A DNA stretch of 37,359 nt, from positions 1 through 37,359 of the forward strand of contig CALIBN010000030.1 of NCBI GenBank assembly GCA_938045545.1, read 5' to 3'. Below the pieces are notes generated by a model, which worked only from the letters and a program-made list of their open reading frames with translations, was not told the origin of the DNA and searched no databases. Shown piece by piece: positions 1 to 9,129 of this stretch. The DNA comes from an uncultured archaeon. GTDB taxonomy: Archaea > Thermoproteota > EX4484-205 > JAAOZP01. How positions within the stretch are numbered: position 1 is the stretch's first letter; each line of letters begins with the position of its first letter. The position numbers and the translations under genes are program-made.

Positions 1-99
1 TTATGCGCGCACATGATAACACTGTAGGACATTGCTTTACGTTCCAATCTGAACCATAATAAGATTTATGGTGGGTTTAAGAAAGCTTTCTCCATGCTC

Positions 100-384
100 T
101 TAGTCTTTTATATCTTCAAGAAGAGTAAGTGAGCTCCATATTCTTGTCCTAGATATTGTTGAAAGATTTGGGTCTTGACTTACTTCGTCTAGTACATTTA
201 TGGCTGCCGCCGCCCTTATTCCAGGGGTAGTGGTTTTCTTAGACAGGCTGTTAATAACCTCTTTAATACTGTTTCTTATGTTTCGGGGGGTTGTAACATC
301 GTTCACTACGAAGCTCAGCATTTCCACTGCTTTCATGATTTTCTCCTCATTTTCAACGTCCTTTTTCCGGGGTGTCTTAGACAT
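100..384 (-). CDS. UPF0147 family protein
   Basis: 94 aa with 'D.TTPRNIR' and 'LDEVSQDPNL...SRTRIW', typical of archaeal UPF0147. Confidence 0.85.
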   Translation of the reverse strand: MSKTPRKKDVENEEKIMKAVEMLSFVVNDVTTPRNIRNSIKEVINSLSKKTTTPGIRAAAAINVLDEVSQDPNLSTISRTRIWSSLTLLEDIKD

Positions 385-485
385 TTTTCCTCCTCCCGTC
401 GAATGCAGGGTAATAAGCCCATGGTTTCAATATATGTTTTTCTACTCTCTTTAAATACTTGGTTTATAGAAGGAAATTGGATGGT

Positions 486-818
486 ATGGCTTACAAGAAG
501 TTCGACGTGAAGAGGATGGCGGAGGCGCTTCAAAAAGGAGCCGTGATGATGGCGGTTCACTGCGAAGCCTGCGGAGCCCCTTTGTTTAGGTATAAGACTG
601 GAAGGATAGAGTGTGTTAACTGCGGCCGGCTCTACCGTTATGCCTCAGGCTCCGGAAGCGTCGAGGAACTGTCCAAGCTGGAATACGACAGGGAGGAAGC
701 CCTCTCTCTTTTAAGAGAGGTTGAGAAACACCTGTTTAAGGTTGAAGACGAGCTTAAAATGAAGAACATCGTTGAAACTTTGAAAAGGATAAGGGAAGAG
801 CTTGTGGGAACAGGTTAA
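486..818 (+). CDS. Zn-ribbon protein, UPF0148/SSSCA1 (Auto_anti-p27) family
   Basis: 'MAEALQKGAVMMAVHCEACGAPLF...CVNC'; start moved to ATG 486. Confidence 0.8.
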   Translation: MAYKKFDVKRMAEALQKGAVMMAVHCEACGAPLFRYKTGRIECVNCGRLYRYASGSGSVEELSKLEYDREEALSLLREVEKHLFKVEDELKMKNIVETLKRIREELVGTG

Positions 819-819
819 A

Positions 820-3081
820 ATGGCGGCTTCAAACCTCTTTAAAGCGGATTCGGAGGGGTTTATTGTACATCCTTTGATAAGAAGTGGAAAAGTACGTGCA
901 AGAAGCTATCAGGTTAACATCTCGTTAACCGCTCTCAAGGACAGTACTCTAGTAGTTCTTCCTACGGGTCTTGGGAAAACTGTTATTGCCCTTCTCGTTG
1001 CTGCTGAGAAGCTTCGGACAAGCGAGGGCGTATGTGTTGTTCTAGCTCCTACTAAGCCTCTTGTGGAGCAGCATTACAATTTTTTCAAGGATTGCTTGAG
1101 AATCGACCCGGATCTTCTTGCCCTTTGGACTGGGGAGACGCCTGTGGCGAAAAGGGTCTTCACCGACTACAGGCTAGTCTTCGCAACCCCGCAGCTATTC
1201 AGAAACGAGGTTCTGAAAGGAAACGTTCAGCTGTCGCGTGTAATACTGATAGTTTTCGACGAGGCCCATAGGGCCAAGGGCAATTACGCTTACATAACTA
1301 TTGCCCAGCGCTATGCTTCAGAATGTCCTTCTCCACTGATGCTGGGGTTAACCGCCTCACCGGGTTCCGGCAGGGAGGATATTGAGGCTTTGATGAGAAA
1401 CCTCAGCATGAAAAGCCTAGAATTCAGGACGCGGAGTGATAGTGATGTTACTCCCTATGTTAAGAGGATTGAGTATCATCTTGTACCTGTACCCTTAAAC
1501 CCGTTGGTGAAAGAAGCCAGATCGCTTATCCAAGGATTTATTAATGATCAGATTGATCGGGCGCTTAAAGCATTCCCGTGGGGGAAAAAACCGAGCAACT
1601 TCACTGAAATAACGGAGATGATTAACGCGATTAAAGACCGTCCATTTCTAGATAAGCCGGAGCTCGTGGATGCTTTGAAAAACTTGGCTAGGGCCAGGTA
1701 TCTTATAATAGCCATAGAAAGGCTGGATCTACTTGGTCCCAAATATTTCCTCCAATTCATAAACAGGATAGTGGAGAGAACTAGGAAACCCGGTTCACCC
1801 AAATACTTGTCTCAAATAATCACAGATAAGAGGATGCTTGATGCGGTTGAGCTTCTGAGGCTCCAGAAGGATAACGCGAAGCTCCTAAAGCTCATCGAGA
1901 TTTCTAAGAAAGAGCTTGAATCCGGGGTAAATAGGATAATAGTGTTTGTAAGCTACCGTGCAGCCTCGAAAGACATAGAGAAAGAGCTCTCATTGGTTGA
2001 AGGTTTGAAAGTCACTAGGCTGGTGGGCCAGGCTTCTAAGATCGGCGACAGGGGGCAGTCTCAGAAGGAGCAGGACGAGGTTCTCTCCAGATTCAAAAAG
2101 GGAGAGTTCAATGTTTTAGTGGCGACGCAAGTCGGCGAGGAAGGGCTCGACATCTCCTCTTCAGACACGATCATCTTCTACGATAATACTCCAAGCGGGA
2201 TAAGGTTTGTTCAAAGAGTAGGTAGGACAGGCCGCAACGCGCCCGGCAAAGTATATATTCTATACTTCCAGGATACTCGTGACGAACAGTATCTCTGGAT
2301 TGCTCGCCGAAGGGAGAGAAAAATGCTGGAGGAGATGAGAATGATTCAGAGGCGAAATGAATCGAAGAAGGAGCCTAATTATGCTTTAACCAGGTTTATC
2401 ACATCGGATGAGGCTGGTGAAGATAAGGTGAGCATAATAGTTGACAACAGGGAGTTGGCGTGCCCCGTCGTCAATGAGCTCGCCCGGCTGGGGGTTAAGA
2501 TTACTTTCAGCCAGCTAGACGTTGGGGACTATGTTCTTTCCGAGAGGGTGTGTGTCGAGAGGAAGACGGTTAACGATTTCACGTCGTCAATAATGGACTC
2601 AAGGCTTTTCCAGCAGGCTAAGCTGCTGGCAGACTCTTATGAAATACCTGTCCTGCTGATAGAAGGAAAAGACGTGTACAGCCCGTCGAGCAATATTCGG
2701 ACTAGTGCGATAAGAGGAGCTATTGCAGCACTAATAACAGGTTACAGGACTGTTCTACTCTGGTCCAGAGACGCTAGAGAATCTGCAGAACTTATTTACG
2801 CCATAGCCCTAAGGGAGCAAAAGGAGCTTAAGAAGCATCTTCAGGTTAGGGGTGAGAAGAAGCCTGAAACCATTGCGGACCAGCAGGTTTTCCTTCTCTC
2901 AGGCTTACCGTTGGTGGAAAGGACTACAGCTATAAAACTCTTGAAATACTTCAAGACCCCCTTAAGGGTTTTCAACGCAAGCGAGCAGGACCTCCAGCAG
3001 GTTGATGGAATAGGCGACGTAAAGGCTCGCAGGATAAGGGAAGTCTTAACTAAGGAATTTGATGAAGAAGGTTTAACCTGA
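820..3081 (+). CDS. hef: Hef (FANCM-like) SF2 helicase fused to ERCC4/XPF nuclease with HhH motifs
   Basis: PTGLGKT, DEAH, TAS, QRVGRTGR helicase motifs; GDY...ERKT..DF nuclease motif; C-terminal GIG HhH; ATG at 820. Confidence 0.93.
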   Translation: MAASNLFKADSEGFIVHPLIRSGKVRARSYQVNISLTALKDSTLVVLPTGLGKTVIALLVAAEKLRTSEGVCVVLAPTKPLVEQHYNFFKDCLRIDPDLLALWTGETPVAKRVFTDYRLVFATPQLFRNEVLKGNVQLSRVILIVFDEAHRAKGNYAYITIAQRYASECPSPLMLGLTASPGSGREDIEALMRNLSMKSLEFRTRSDSDVTPYVKRIEYHLVPVPLNPLVKEARSLIQGFINDQIDRALKAFPWGKKPSNFTEITEMINAIKDRPFLDKPELVDALKNLARARYLIIAIERLDLLGPKYFLQFINRIVERTRKPGSPKYLSQIITDKRMLDAVELLRLQKDNAKLLKLIEISKKELESGVNRIIVFVSYRAASKDIEKELSLVEGLKVTRLVGQASKIGDRGQSQKEQDEVLSRFKKGEFNVLVATQVGEEGLDISSSDTIIFYDNTPSGIRFVQRVGRTGRNAPGKVYILYFQDTRDEQYLWIARRRERKMLEEMRMIQRRNESKKEPNYALTRFITSDEAGEDKVSIIVDNRELACPVVNELARLGVKITFSQLDVGDYVLSERVCVERKTVNDFTSSIMDSRLFQQAKLLADSYEIPVLLIEGKDVYSPSSNIRTSAIRGAIAALITGYRTVLLWSRDARESAELIYAIALREQKELKKHLQVRGEKKPETIADQQVFLLSGLPLVERTTAIKLLKYFKTPLRVFNASEQDLQQVDGIGDVKARRIREVLTKEFDEEGLT

Positions 3082-3681
3082 CAAATCAAGATTGAGCCTA
3101 CTCTCGACGATTCTAGTCACTTCTTCCAATACTTCTTCCAAAGGCTTCTCTGCGTTAACCATGACTAGCTCCCCGTTTTCAACAAGCTTCATGTAAACGC
3201 TTCTTATCTTTTCGAGGAGAGAAGCGTCTTCAAAAGGTCCTGAAACCTTCTTCCTCCTGAGGGCGTTCTCAGGGTCTATGTCGAGGTAGATTGCTAAATC
3301 AGGTGGGGGAACCCTGTTGTTAATGATTCTAACCCATTCCGGATCGTTTAACAGTCCCCCCTGGTAAGCGATAGAGGAATGAACGTATCTGTCTGAAATA
3401 ACATAGTAGCCTTTTTCAAGCCTCTTCCTTATGATCCTTTCATAATGCTCAACTCTGTCTGCAGCAAAGAGTAGTGCTAAGTAGTATTGTGGAGCGTTCC
3501 GTATCTTGGAGGCGTGAAGCCTTATCAATGCTCCAACCCGCATGAATGTTGGCTCCACCGTGTAGAAACAAGGATAGCCCTTCTCCCTGAGCTTCAGGTA
3601 GAGGTTTGTGGAAACAGTCGTCTTTCCAGAGCCGTCTATTCCTTCAAAGCTTATATGAACTCCTTTCTCCCTGTCCGCCAT
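3073..3681 (-). CDS. tmk: dTMP kinase
   Basis: FEGIDGSGKTT, LFAADR, DRY..SS.AYQ; ATG 3681 preceded by AGGAG. Confidence 0.93.
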   Translation of the reverse strand: MADREKGVHISFEGIDGSGKTTVSTNLYLKLREKGYPCFYTVEPTFMRVGALIRLHASKIRNAPQYYLALLFAADRVEHYERIIRKRLEKGYYVISDRYVHSSIAYQGGLLNDPEWVRIINNRVPPPDLAIYLDIDPENALRRKKVSGPFEDASLLEKIRSVYMKLVENGELVMVNAEKPLEEVLEEVTRIVESRLNLDLSG

Positions 3682-3727
3682 ACTCCTAAAGCTTATTAGA
3701 GGCCCTATTAAAGCATGTCTTGAAGTT

Positions 3728-5032
3728 TTGGAGTATGTAGCGGAGGTAAGGGATCCGATATATAGATACATTCACATAACGGGCGTGGAAAGAAGCGTGA
3801 TCGATACTCCTGTTTTCCAGAGGCTTAGAAGGATTAAGCAGTTGGCCGGAGCCCACCTGACTTACCCTGGTGCCACGCACACGCGGTTCCTCCACTCGCT
3901 GGGCGTAATGCTGACAGCCAGCAAGATATTTTCTCACTTGGCTAACTATTATCCTGAGAAAGTGGATAAGGATGGGCTTCAACTCATAAGGCTGGCTGGC
4001 TTGCTACACGATATTGGCCACGGGCCTTTTTCACATACTTTCGAGGAAGTTCTCAGCGAGAAGAGGAGTATGACGCATGAGGAAGTGGCGTCCATGCTTA
4101 TAAGCGGGACTGAGATTGCGGACCTGGTCTCTAAAGCTGGGTTTACGGCGAAAGAGGTTTCTAGGCTCTCCGTAGGGAAAGACGGTTCGAGAAGCAAGTG
4201 GGTTAACCAGATAATCTCCAGTTACTTCGACGCCGATATTCTCGACTACCTTCCTAGGGATTCTTTCTTCACAGGCGTTGAATATGGCTTAGTGGATTCT
4301 GAGAGAATCATAGACTCCATGCTTCTATGGGAAGATTCTCTCGCCATCGACGAGGCGGCATTATATGCTTTAGAATCCTTATTCATTGCAAGGTACATGA
4401 TGTTCAAGGCAGTCTACTTCCATAGGACTGTCAGGGCTGCGGTGATAATGCTTTCGAGGGCGATGCTCCTGGTTGACGATGCAGTGGGGCTAACAGGATT
4501 TAAAGATCCGGAGGAATATGTCTCCTTAGATGACCATTCGGTAATCCAGAGAATACTCTCAATGGATAATGCTACCGAGGAAGCTAGGCTGGCTAAAAGG
4601 CTTATAACCGGATATTTAAACAGGTCTTTGTTGAAATCAGTGTTCGAAATAATGATGCACCATGAGGACCCTCTATACCACTCTTTAATCTCCAGACCAT
4701 CACTGCGAGGAAGCCTTGAAAATGAAATCGCTGAGGAGGCTGGTATAGCTCCAAGCCTGGTTTTCCTAGACCTTCCTTCAGTCCCCTCGCTACCATACCA
4801 TCCTGACTATAGTGGTGAGAAACACGGTGGCTTTGACGTAAAGATAATAGGAAGGGAGGATTCTGAAAGAATGGCTAAATCGGTTTTCGATGTCTCCCCT
4901 ATGGTTCAATCTCTGAAGGGCTTCATGGGTCTTGCAAGAGTATACACTTTTCCAGAACACAGGGAAAGAGTTTTCAAAGCCTCTAAAAGGGTCTTCGGAG
5001 AGAGGCCATACTCTTTTAAAATATCTCTTTAA
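3728..5032 (+). CDS. HD-domain phosphohydrolase (SAMHD1-like dNTPase family)
   Basis: QRLRRIKQL, HTRFLHSLG, LLHDIGHGPFSH, DADILDYL.RD. Confidence 0.88.
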   Translation: MEYVAEVRDPIYRYIHITGVERSVIDTPVFQRLRRIKQLAGAHLTYPGATHTRFLHSLGVMLTASKIFSHLANYYPEKVDKDGLQLIRLAGLLHDIGHGPFSHTFEEVLSEKRSMTHEEVASMLISGTEIADLVSKAGFTAKEVSRLSVGKDGSRSKWVNQIISSYFDADILDYLPRDSFFTGVEYGLVDSERIIDSMLLWEDSLAIDEAALYALESLFIARYMMFKAVYFHRTVRAAVIMLSRAMLLVDDAVGLTGFKDPEEYVSLDDHSVIQRILSMDNATEEARLAKRLITGYLNRSLLKSVFEIMMHHEDPLYHSLISRPSLRGSLENEIAEEAGIAPSLVFLDLPSVPSLPYHPDYSGEKHGGFDVKIIGREDSERMAKSVFDVSPMVQSLKGFMGLARVYTFPEHRERVFKASKRVFGERPYSFKISL

Positions 5033-5439
5033 GCCTTGCCAGTAAACCTTAGTATCCTGCCTCTCTTGGCGTCAAGAATTATTGTTTCCCCGTTTTTGAA
5101 CGACGAAAGTATTCTCCGCGTATCCGCTATAACCACCGGTATTCCGGCAAGTATTGCCCCGGAAGATATTATGCTGTCTTCCTGTCCAAGTATTATTCCT
5201 GAGGGGGCGACGCCTCTTTTAGCAAGGCTGTATATCACGTAGGAGCCTACCGTGCTCCCCTTGCTGGATGGAACTGCGAGAATCCTTCTGCACAGGTTTA
5301 CTCCTTCTAGAGGATGGTTCTTCTCGACTATAACTCCTGTCGACGGATCTACCCCTCCGAAGAAGGATATTGGCTGCTGGCTTATCAGTAGAGATCCCTT
5401 AGCAAAACCTGTGTTAACAACCTTGACTTTTAAAATCAT
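5029..5439 (-). CDS. Aconitase X swivel subunit (DUF126); probable phosphomevalonate dehydratase small subunit
   Basis: ISFFGGVDP..G, KGSTVGS; ATG 5439 directly after the stop of the large subunit. Confidence 0.85.
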   Translation of the reverse strand: MILKVKVVNTGFAKGSLLISQQPISFFGGVDPSTGVIVEKNHPLEGVNLCRRILAVPSSKGSTVGSYVIYSLAKRGVAPSGIILGQEDSIISSGAILAGIPVVIADTRRILSSFKNGETIILDAKRGRILRFTGKA

Positions 5440-5440
5440 G

Positions 5441-6598
5441 CTACCTACCACCATATTCTTCAACAAACTCTTTTAAAGACTTTAGGGTCGTTTTAAGCCT
5501 AAAGCTTCCACGCAGGTAGTATGCTGCTTTAACTGAGTTTGTAATAACGTGTGCCCCGTCCTTCTTTAGGCTGCAATACATAACACAGGAGTCTTTAAAC
5601 ACTCTAACTCCTTTTTCAGAAAGTTCAGTCAACAAGCCTTTTTGAAAAGACTCTAAATAGGCACTTCGAGAGGTGAAAATCCATGCTTCCACTGAAAGCC
5701 TGTCTACGCTTCTAAGCGTTTCGTGAAAAATCTTAATCTCCTCTGGAGACATGTGGGGGCAGCCTGTTACGAAGATCAGCCTTTTACTGTGAAACGGCGG
5801 AGCTTCCTCGGAAAGAATTTTCCTCTCCTCCTCAAGCTCGGTTCTATCGAGAATTATTTTTCTCACGGGTTTCTTCACCCTTGAGAATCCTGGCGTCAGA
5901 TTCTCTATCCAAACCATGGGTGCTGCTCCACTGGTGCCGAAGCCTGCGAGAAGCTGCTTGTAGCACAGAATGTTTCCAACGGGTTTTTTCAATCGGAGAT
6001 ACGGTATTTCGGCTCCGGCTTTCACTCCCATAACGTATCCTAGAAGCCCGTAGTCAACCTCATCCTTAAGCTCACCGTTATATTGGAAGAGAATCTTGGG
6101 TTTCTTTCCATTTCGAAGATGTATGCCGGTTCGCGCAGTATAACCGAGTATGGCTGAAGCCAGAGCCGTCAAGCTTCCCTCCTTGTTTGTTGAGGCACCT
6201 ATGATTGAATTTGCATAGAGTACTGCGGAGCTCTCCGCCCAAGCTATTTTCTGATTTTTTCTCAACGGGTTGTCGAACAGATAGGGCATGCATGTGAGCG
6301 ACTCGGTCGCTCCGATGTTTTTCAGACTTCGAATTATTCTCCTCTGTTTCTCAACGACCTCCGGGTCGCATTCAACAGTTGAGTCGTAATCAACGCATCC
6401 GGGGTTTATCGTCGTCCTGACCTTAAACTTTAACCCTGACCTGCCTAAGTCTTCGAGGAATTCAAGCCCAGCGTCACCAATATTTAGATAGGAAATTCCG
6501 GAGAGGTGCGCACTAGATATCTTAATGTATCTTTTCCTTCCAGGCTGCATCGCCTCAAGTATTTTTTTGAACATCCTTTTGGTTACGCGCGTGTTCAA
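5441..6598 (-). CDS. Aconitase X catalytic subunit (DUF521); probable phosphomevalonate dehydratase large subunit
   Basis: AHLSGISY.NIGDAG, TCMPY, WAESSA..YANS, GCPH, DSC, TNSVKAAYY. Confidence 0.87.
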   Translation of the reverse strand: MNTRVTKRMFKKILEAMQPGRKRYIKISSAHLSGISYLNIGDAGLEFLEDLGRSGLKFKVRTTINPGCVDYDSTVECDPEVVEKQRRIIRSLKNIGATESLTCMPYLFDNPLRKNQKIAWAESSAVLYANSIIGASTNKEGSLTALASAILGYTARTGIHLRNGKKPKILFQYNGELKDEVDYGLLGYVMGVKAGAEIPYLRLKKPVGNILCYKQLLAGFGTSGAAPMVWIENLTPGFSRVKKPVRKIILDRTELEEERKILSEEAPPFHSKRLIFVTGCPHMSPEEIKIFHETLRSVDRLSVEAWIFTSRSAYLESFQKGLLTELSEKGVRVFKDSCVMYCSLKKDGAHVITNSVKAAYYLRGSFRLKTTLKSLKEFVEEYGGR

Positions 6599-6599
6599 C

Positions 6600-7880
6600 C
6601 TACATCCTGCTCCTTAAGAAACGTTTCCTATCGATCCCGACTGGAAGGGTTAAGTCCAAGCCCCATTTCGAGGTCACCAGCCTCTCTTGGTCGCTAGAAG
6701 GGTCTAATGAGGATCCACGCATCGCCTCAAAGAAGTAAAACTTACGTTTATCCTGAAACCTTGTGGCTAGTGCGAAATCCACATCTTCGTAGCTTCCCGG
6801 GTCTATGTCGTCATCCACCACGATTATTCCTTTCACAGAGCCATGTGCTTCCATCACGAGCCTTATAACCTTGAAAGGCTCGTCATCACGTTTCTTCGAA
6901 ATGCTTACGAAGCAGTGAAGCCATCCTCCTGAGCCGCTTGAAAGCCAGACGTCCTTAACATCAACATCGTTTTCAGCAAGCTTCTCTCTTATCTTAACTT
7001 CCGCTGGATAACCCATGAGCAGTTTATGTTCAAGCCCCCCCGGGAGAATCGCATGGTAGATAGGATTTTCATTCCAATAGACTTTATCAACCTCGATAAT
7101 CGGTTGTTCCCTTGGCTTATCGGGTAGTCCAAGTATATCAGTCATCCATTCCCTGGCAGTTAGGTCTACCCTTACCCTGCCTTTGAAAACATACTCGGAC
7201 TCAATAGGTACCGGCAAGTCACCATCGTCGAAATACGTGACCTCAAGCGGATTACTGTTTAATGCTCCTGCATAGTCTATTTCCGAAACCTCTTTCGGCA
7301 ACTGGGTTGAAGCAGACAGGATTATGTGCACAGGCGTGCCGATAAGAACAGCCACTTTCAAATCCCTGCCACTATTCTTCTGCTTCATGAATATCTGGTG
7401 CAAATGCCTCCCCTCAACCATCCGTACAGCAAACATGTTTGAACCGAGGTGGAGAAGCCTGTGCACCGACATGTTGACGACGCCATCCTCGGGGTCCCTC
7501 GCCACGATTATGGAGCTAGTAACGTACTTTCCAGCATCATCCCTATAGTATTTTAATAAGGGTAGTCTGGAAATTCTGCTGGGGTCGGACGCTCCATCCC
7601 AACAATAGCTCCTCTCAACCGGCTTGACAGTGTGCCTCTTAGCCCAGGAAACATGGTTAAACAATTCTCCTGCCCCGGTTTTCATCAGCCTCTCCACTCT
7701 GCCCCGGGTAGAGTATAGGTTTGCTATCAACGGGTCTTTGCCTTCGAAGGGCTCTCTAAACAGAATGGTTCGCGGGTCGCTTTCCCTTATCATAATTGGA
7801 ACCTGGGATTCAGAGTGTTTTCTCGAATCCAGGAGGATCTCGTTGCTAAGCTCCTTCACATAGTCCCCTATCCTTATCAT
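6600..7880 (-). CDS. UbiD-family prFMN decarboxylase; probable anhydromevalonate-phosphate decarboxylase
   Basis: N.SVHR, GRHL, VDDDID, ALATR, GSSLDPS, KWGLD; same operon as the AcnX pair. Confidence 0.85.
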   Translation of the reverse strand: MIRIGDYVKELSNEILLDSRKHSESQVPIMIRESDPRTILFREPFEGKDPLIANLYSTRGRVERLMKTGAGELFNHVSWAKRHTVKPVERSYCWDGASDPSRISRLPLLKYYRDDAGKYVTSSIIVARDPEDGVVNMSVHRLLHLGSNMFAVRMVEGRHLHQIFMKQKNSGRDLKVAVLIGTPVHIILSASTQLPKEVSEIDYAGALNSNPLEVTYFDDGDLPVPIESEYVFKGRVRVDLTAREWMTDILGLPDKPREQPIIEVDKVYWNENPIYHAILPGGLEHKLLMGYPAEVKIREKLAENDVDVKDVWLSSGSGGWLHCFVSISKKRDDEPFKVIRLVMEAHGSVKGIIVVDDDIDPGSYEDVDFALATRFQDKRKFYFFEAMRGSSLDPSSDQERLVTSKWGLDLTLPVGIDRKRFLRSRM

Positions 7881-7973
7881 GCTGGTTCTATGATAACCAT
7901 GCTGATTAAAATGTTCCCTGAAGGGTTGGAAAAGAGTTTAATACGTTGAAAAACAATCTTTTAAGGTAAAAGG

Positions 7974-8645
7974 TTGAATATGCGGTTTGAAGAAGTAGCC
8001 GTAAGCCTGAGCGGTAAGACGGTTCTTCTCTACGGTGAGTACTCTAGGGTTTTCCCATTCATTCTTAGCCTAATTAGGTTGAATAAGGATTCTACCCTGC
8101 TTTTCTTAGACGGTTTTAACATGAGAAGAATGGTTAAAGAGGCTTATTCTCTCAGTCCCCAAGTTCTCTCCAGGATTATTTTCTCCAGGTTTGAAAGCCT
8201 TGTGGAGCTCGATAAGGCGCTTGAACAATCCGAGACGATGCTTCTTAACAAGGGCTCCTTTAAGCTTCTCGTAGCGGGCTCCCTGCCGGACGCTTATCTT
8301 CGCGAAATATCGTTGCACGACTCTTCCTCGCACTCAAACATTCTTCATCTTCTCAACAAGATTCTTGCTTTCTTCTCATTCCTCTCCAAAAAATACGGTT
8401 GCATCGGGTTTCTTATTGGTCTTGGCGAAGGCCTGAACGGCTCAGCCAATATTCCGGCGAAAAGAATCTTTCTCTACTGGGTGGATTACGTGTTGGAGCT
8501 GCGTAGATGCAGCTTTGGCGGAACACTTGGAGAGCTAACTGGAAAAACCGGAGTTAAAACCAGACTTTGCGTGTCTCCGGAAGTATTTAAAGAGGCCGGG
8601 GAAGTATTGGAGTGCAACGAGAATGCTTGTCCAAGAAATGTTTGA
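7974..8645 (+). CDS. RecA/RadA-fold protein with degenerate Walker motifs
   Basis: Motif order LLYG..., LFLD, RIIFSR, KLLVAGSL...YLRE, LSKKYG, YWVD..LELR matches RadB/RadC-like paralogues; no GKT. Confidence 0.6.
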   Translation: MNMRFEEVAVSLSGKTVLLYGEYSRVFPFILSLIRLNKDSTLLFLDGFNMRRMVKEAYSLSPQVLSRIIFSRFESLVELDKALEQSETMLLNKGSFKLLVAGSLPDAYLREISLHDSSSHSNILHLLNKILAFFSFLSKKYGCIGFLIGLGEGLNGSANIPAKRIFLYWVDYVLELRRCSFGGTLGELTGKTGVKTRLCVSPEVFKEAGEVLECNENACPRNV

Positions 8646-9114
8646 ACTGGGTATCAAAGGGCTGATTTTCTATTCTCCAGCCTATGCTACTAATGCTTCC
8701 GCCCTCCTGTTCAGGGGCAGGAGACAAATAGACTTTGGAAGAGTTTTCATAGATGGTAAACCGATCTTTGGAAGTGGTAAAACTTTCAGGGGCTTCTTCC
8801 TAGGTCTAGTAACAGGGACTCTCACAGGGATCATCGTAGGCAATCCGGCTGCAGCGTCGTTTCTAACTAGTCTCGGAGCATTGCTAGGAGACCTGACGGG
8901 GGCTTTCATTAAAAGAAGGCTTTCGATAAAACCGGGTGATCCCGCGCCTGTTCTCGACCAGTTTGACTTCATGCTTGGCGCAACACTCTTGTCACAGCCT
9001 TGGAATTATTTGGATCCGCGTGCAATCATAATAATCATGGCTTTAACACCGGCAGTCCACCTGGTTTCAAACTTCTCAGCCTTCCTTCTTAAAATAAAAA
9101 AGGTGCCGTGGTGA
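8623..9114 (+). CDS. carS: CDP-archaeol synthase
   Basis: PAYATNA, IDFG...DGKPIFGSGKT.RG, GDL.GAFIKRR, LDQFDF, KKVPW. Confidence 0.93.
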   Translation: MLVQEMFELGIKGLIFYSPAYATNASALLFRGRRQIDFGRVFIDGKPIFGSGKTFRGFFLGLVTGTLTGIIVGNPAAASFLTSLGALLGDLTGAFIKRRLSIKPGDPAPVLDQFDFMLGATLLSQPWNYLDPRAIIIIMALTPAVHLVSNFSAFLLKIKKVPW

Positions 9115-9129
9115 AGCCTAATGCCCCGT

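Noticed and set aside
1-41. Possible start of a minus-strand gene (…MSYSVIMCAH) running off the window edge
   Set aside because: Too short to identify.
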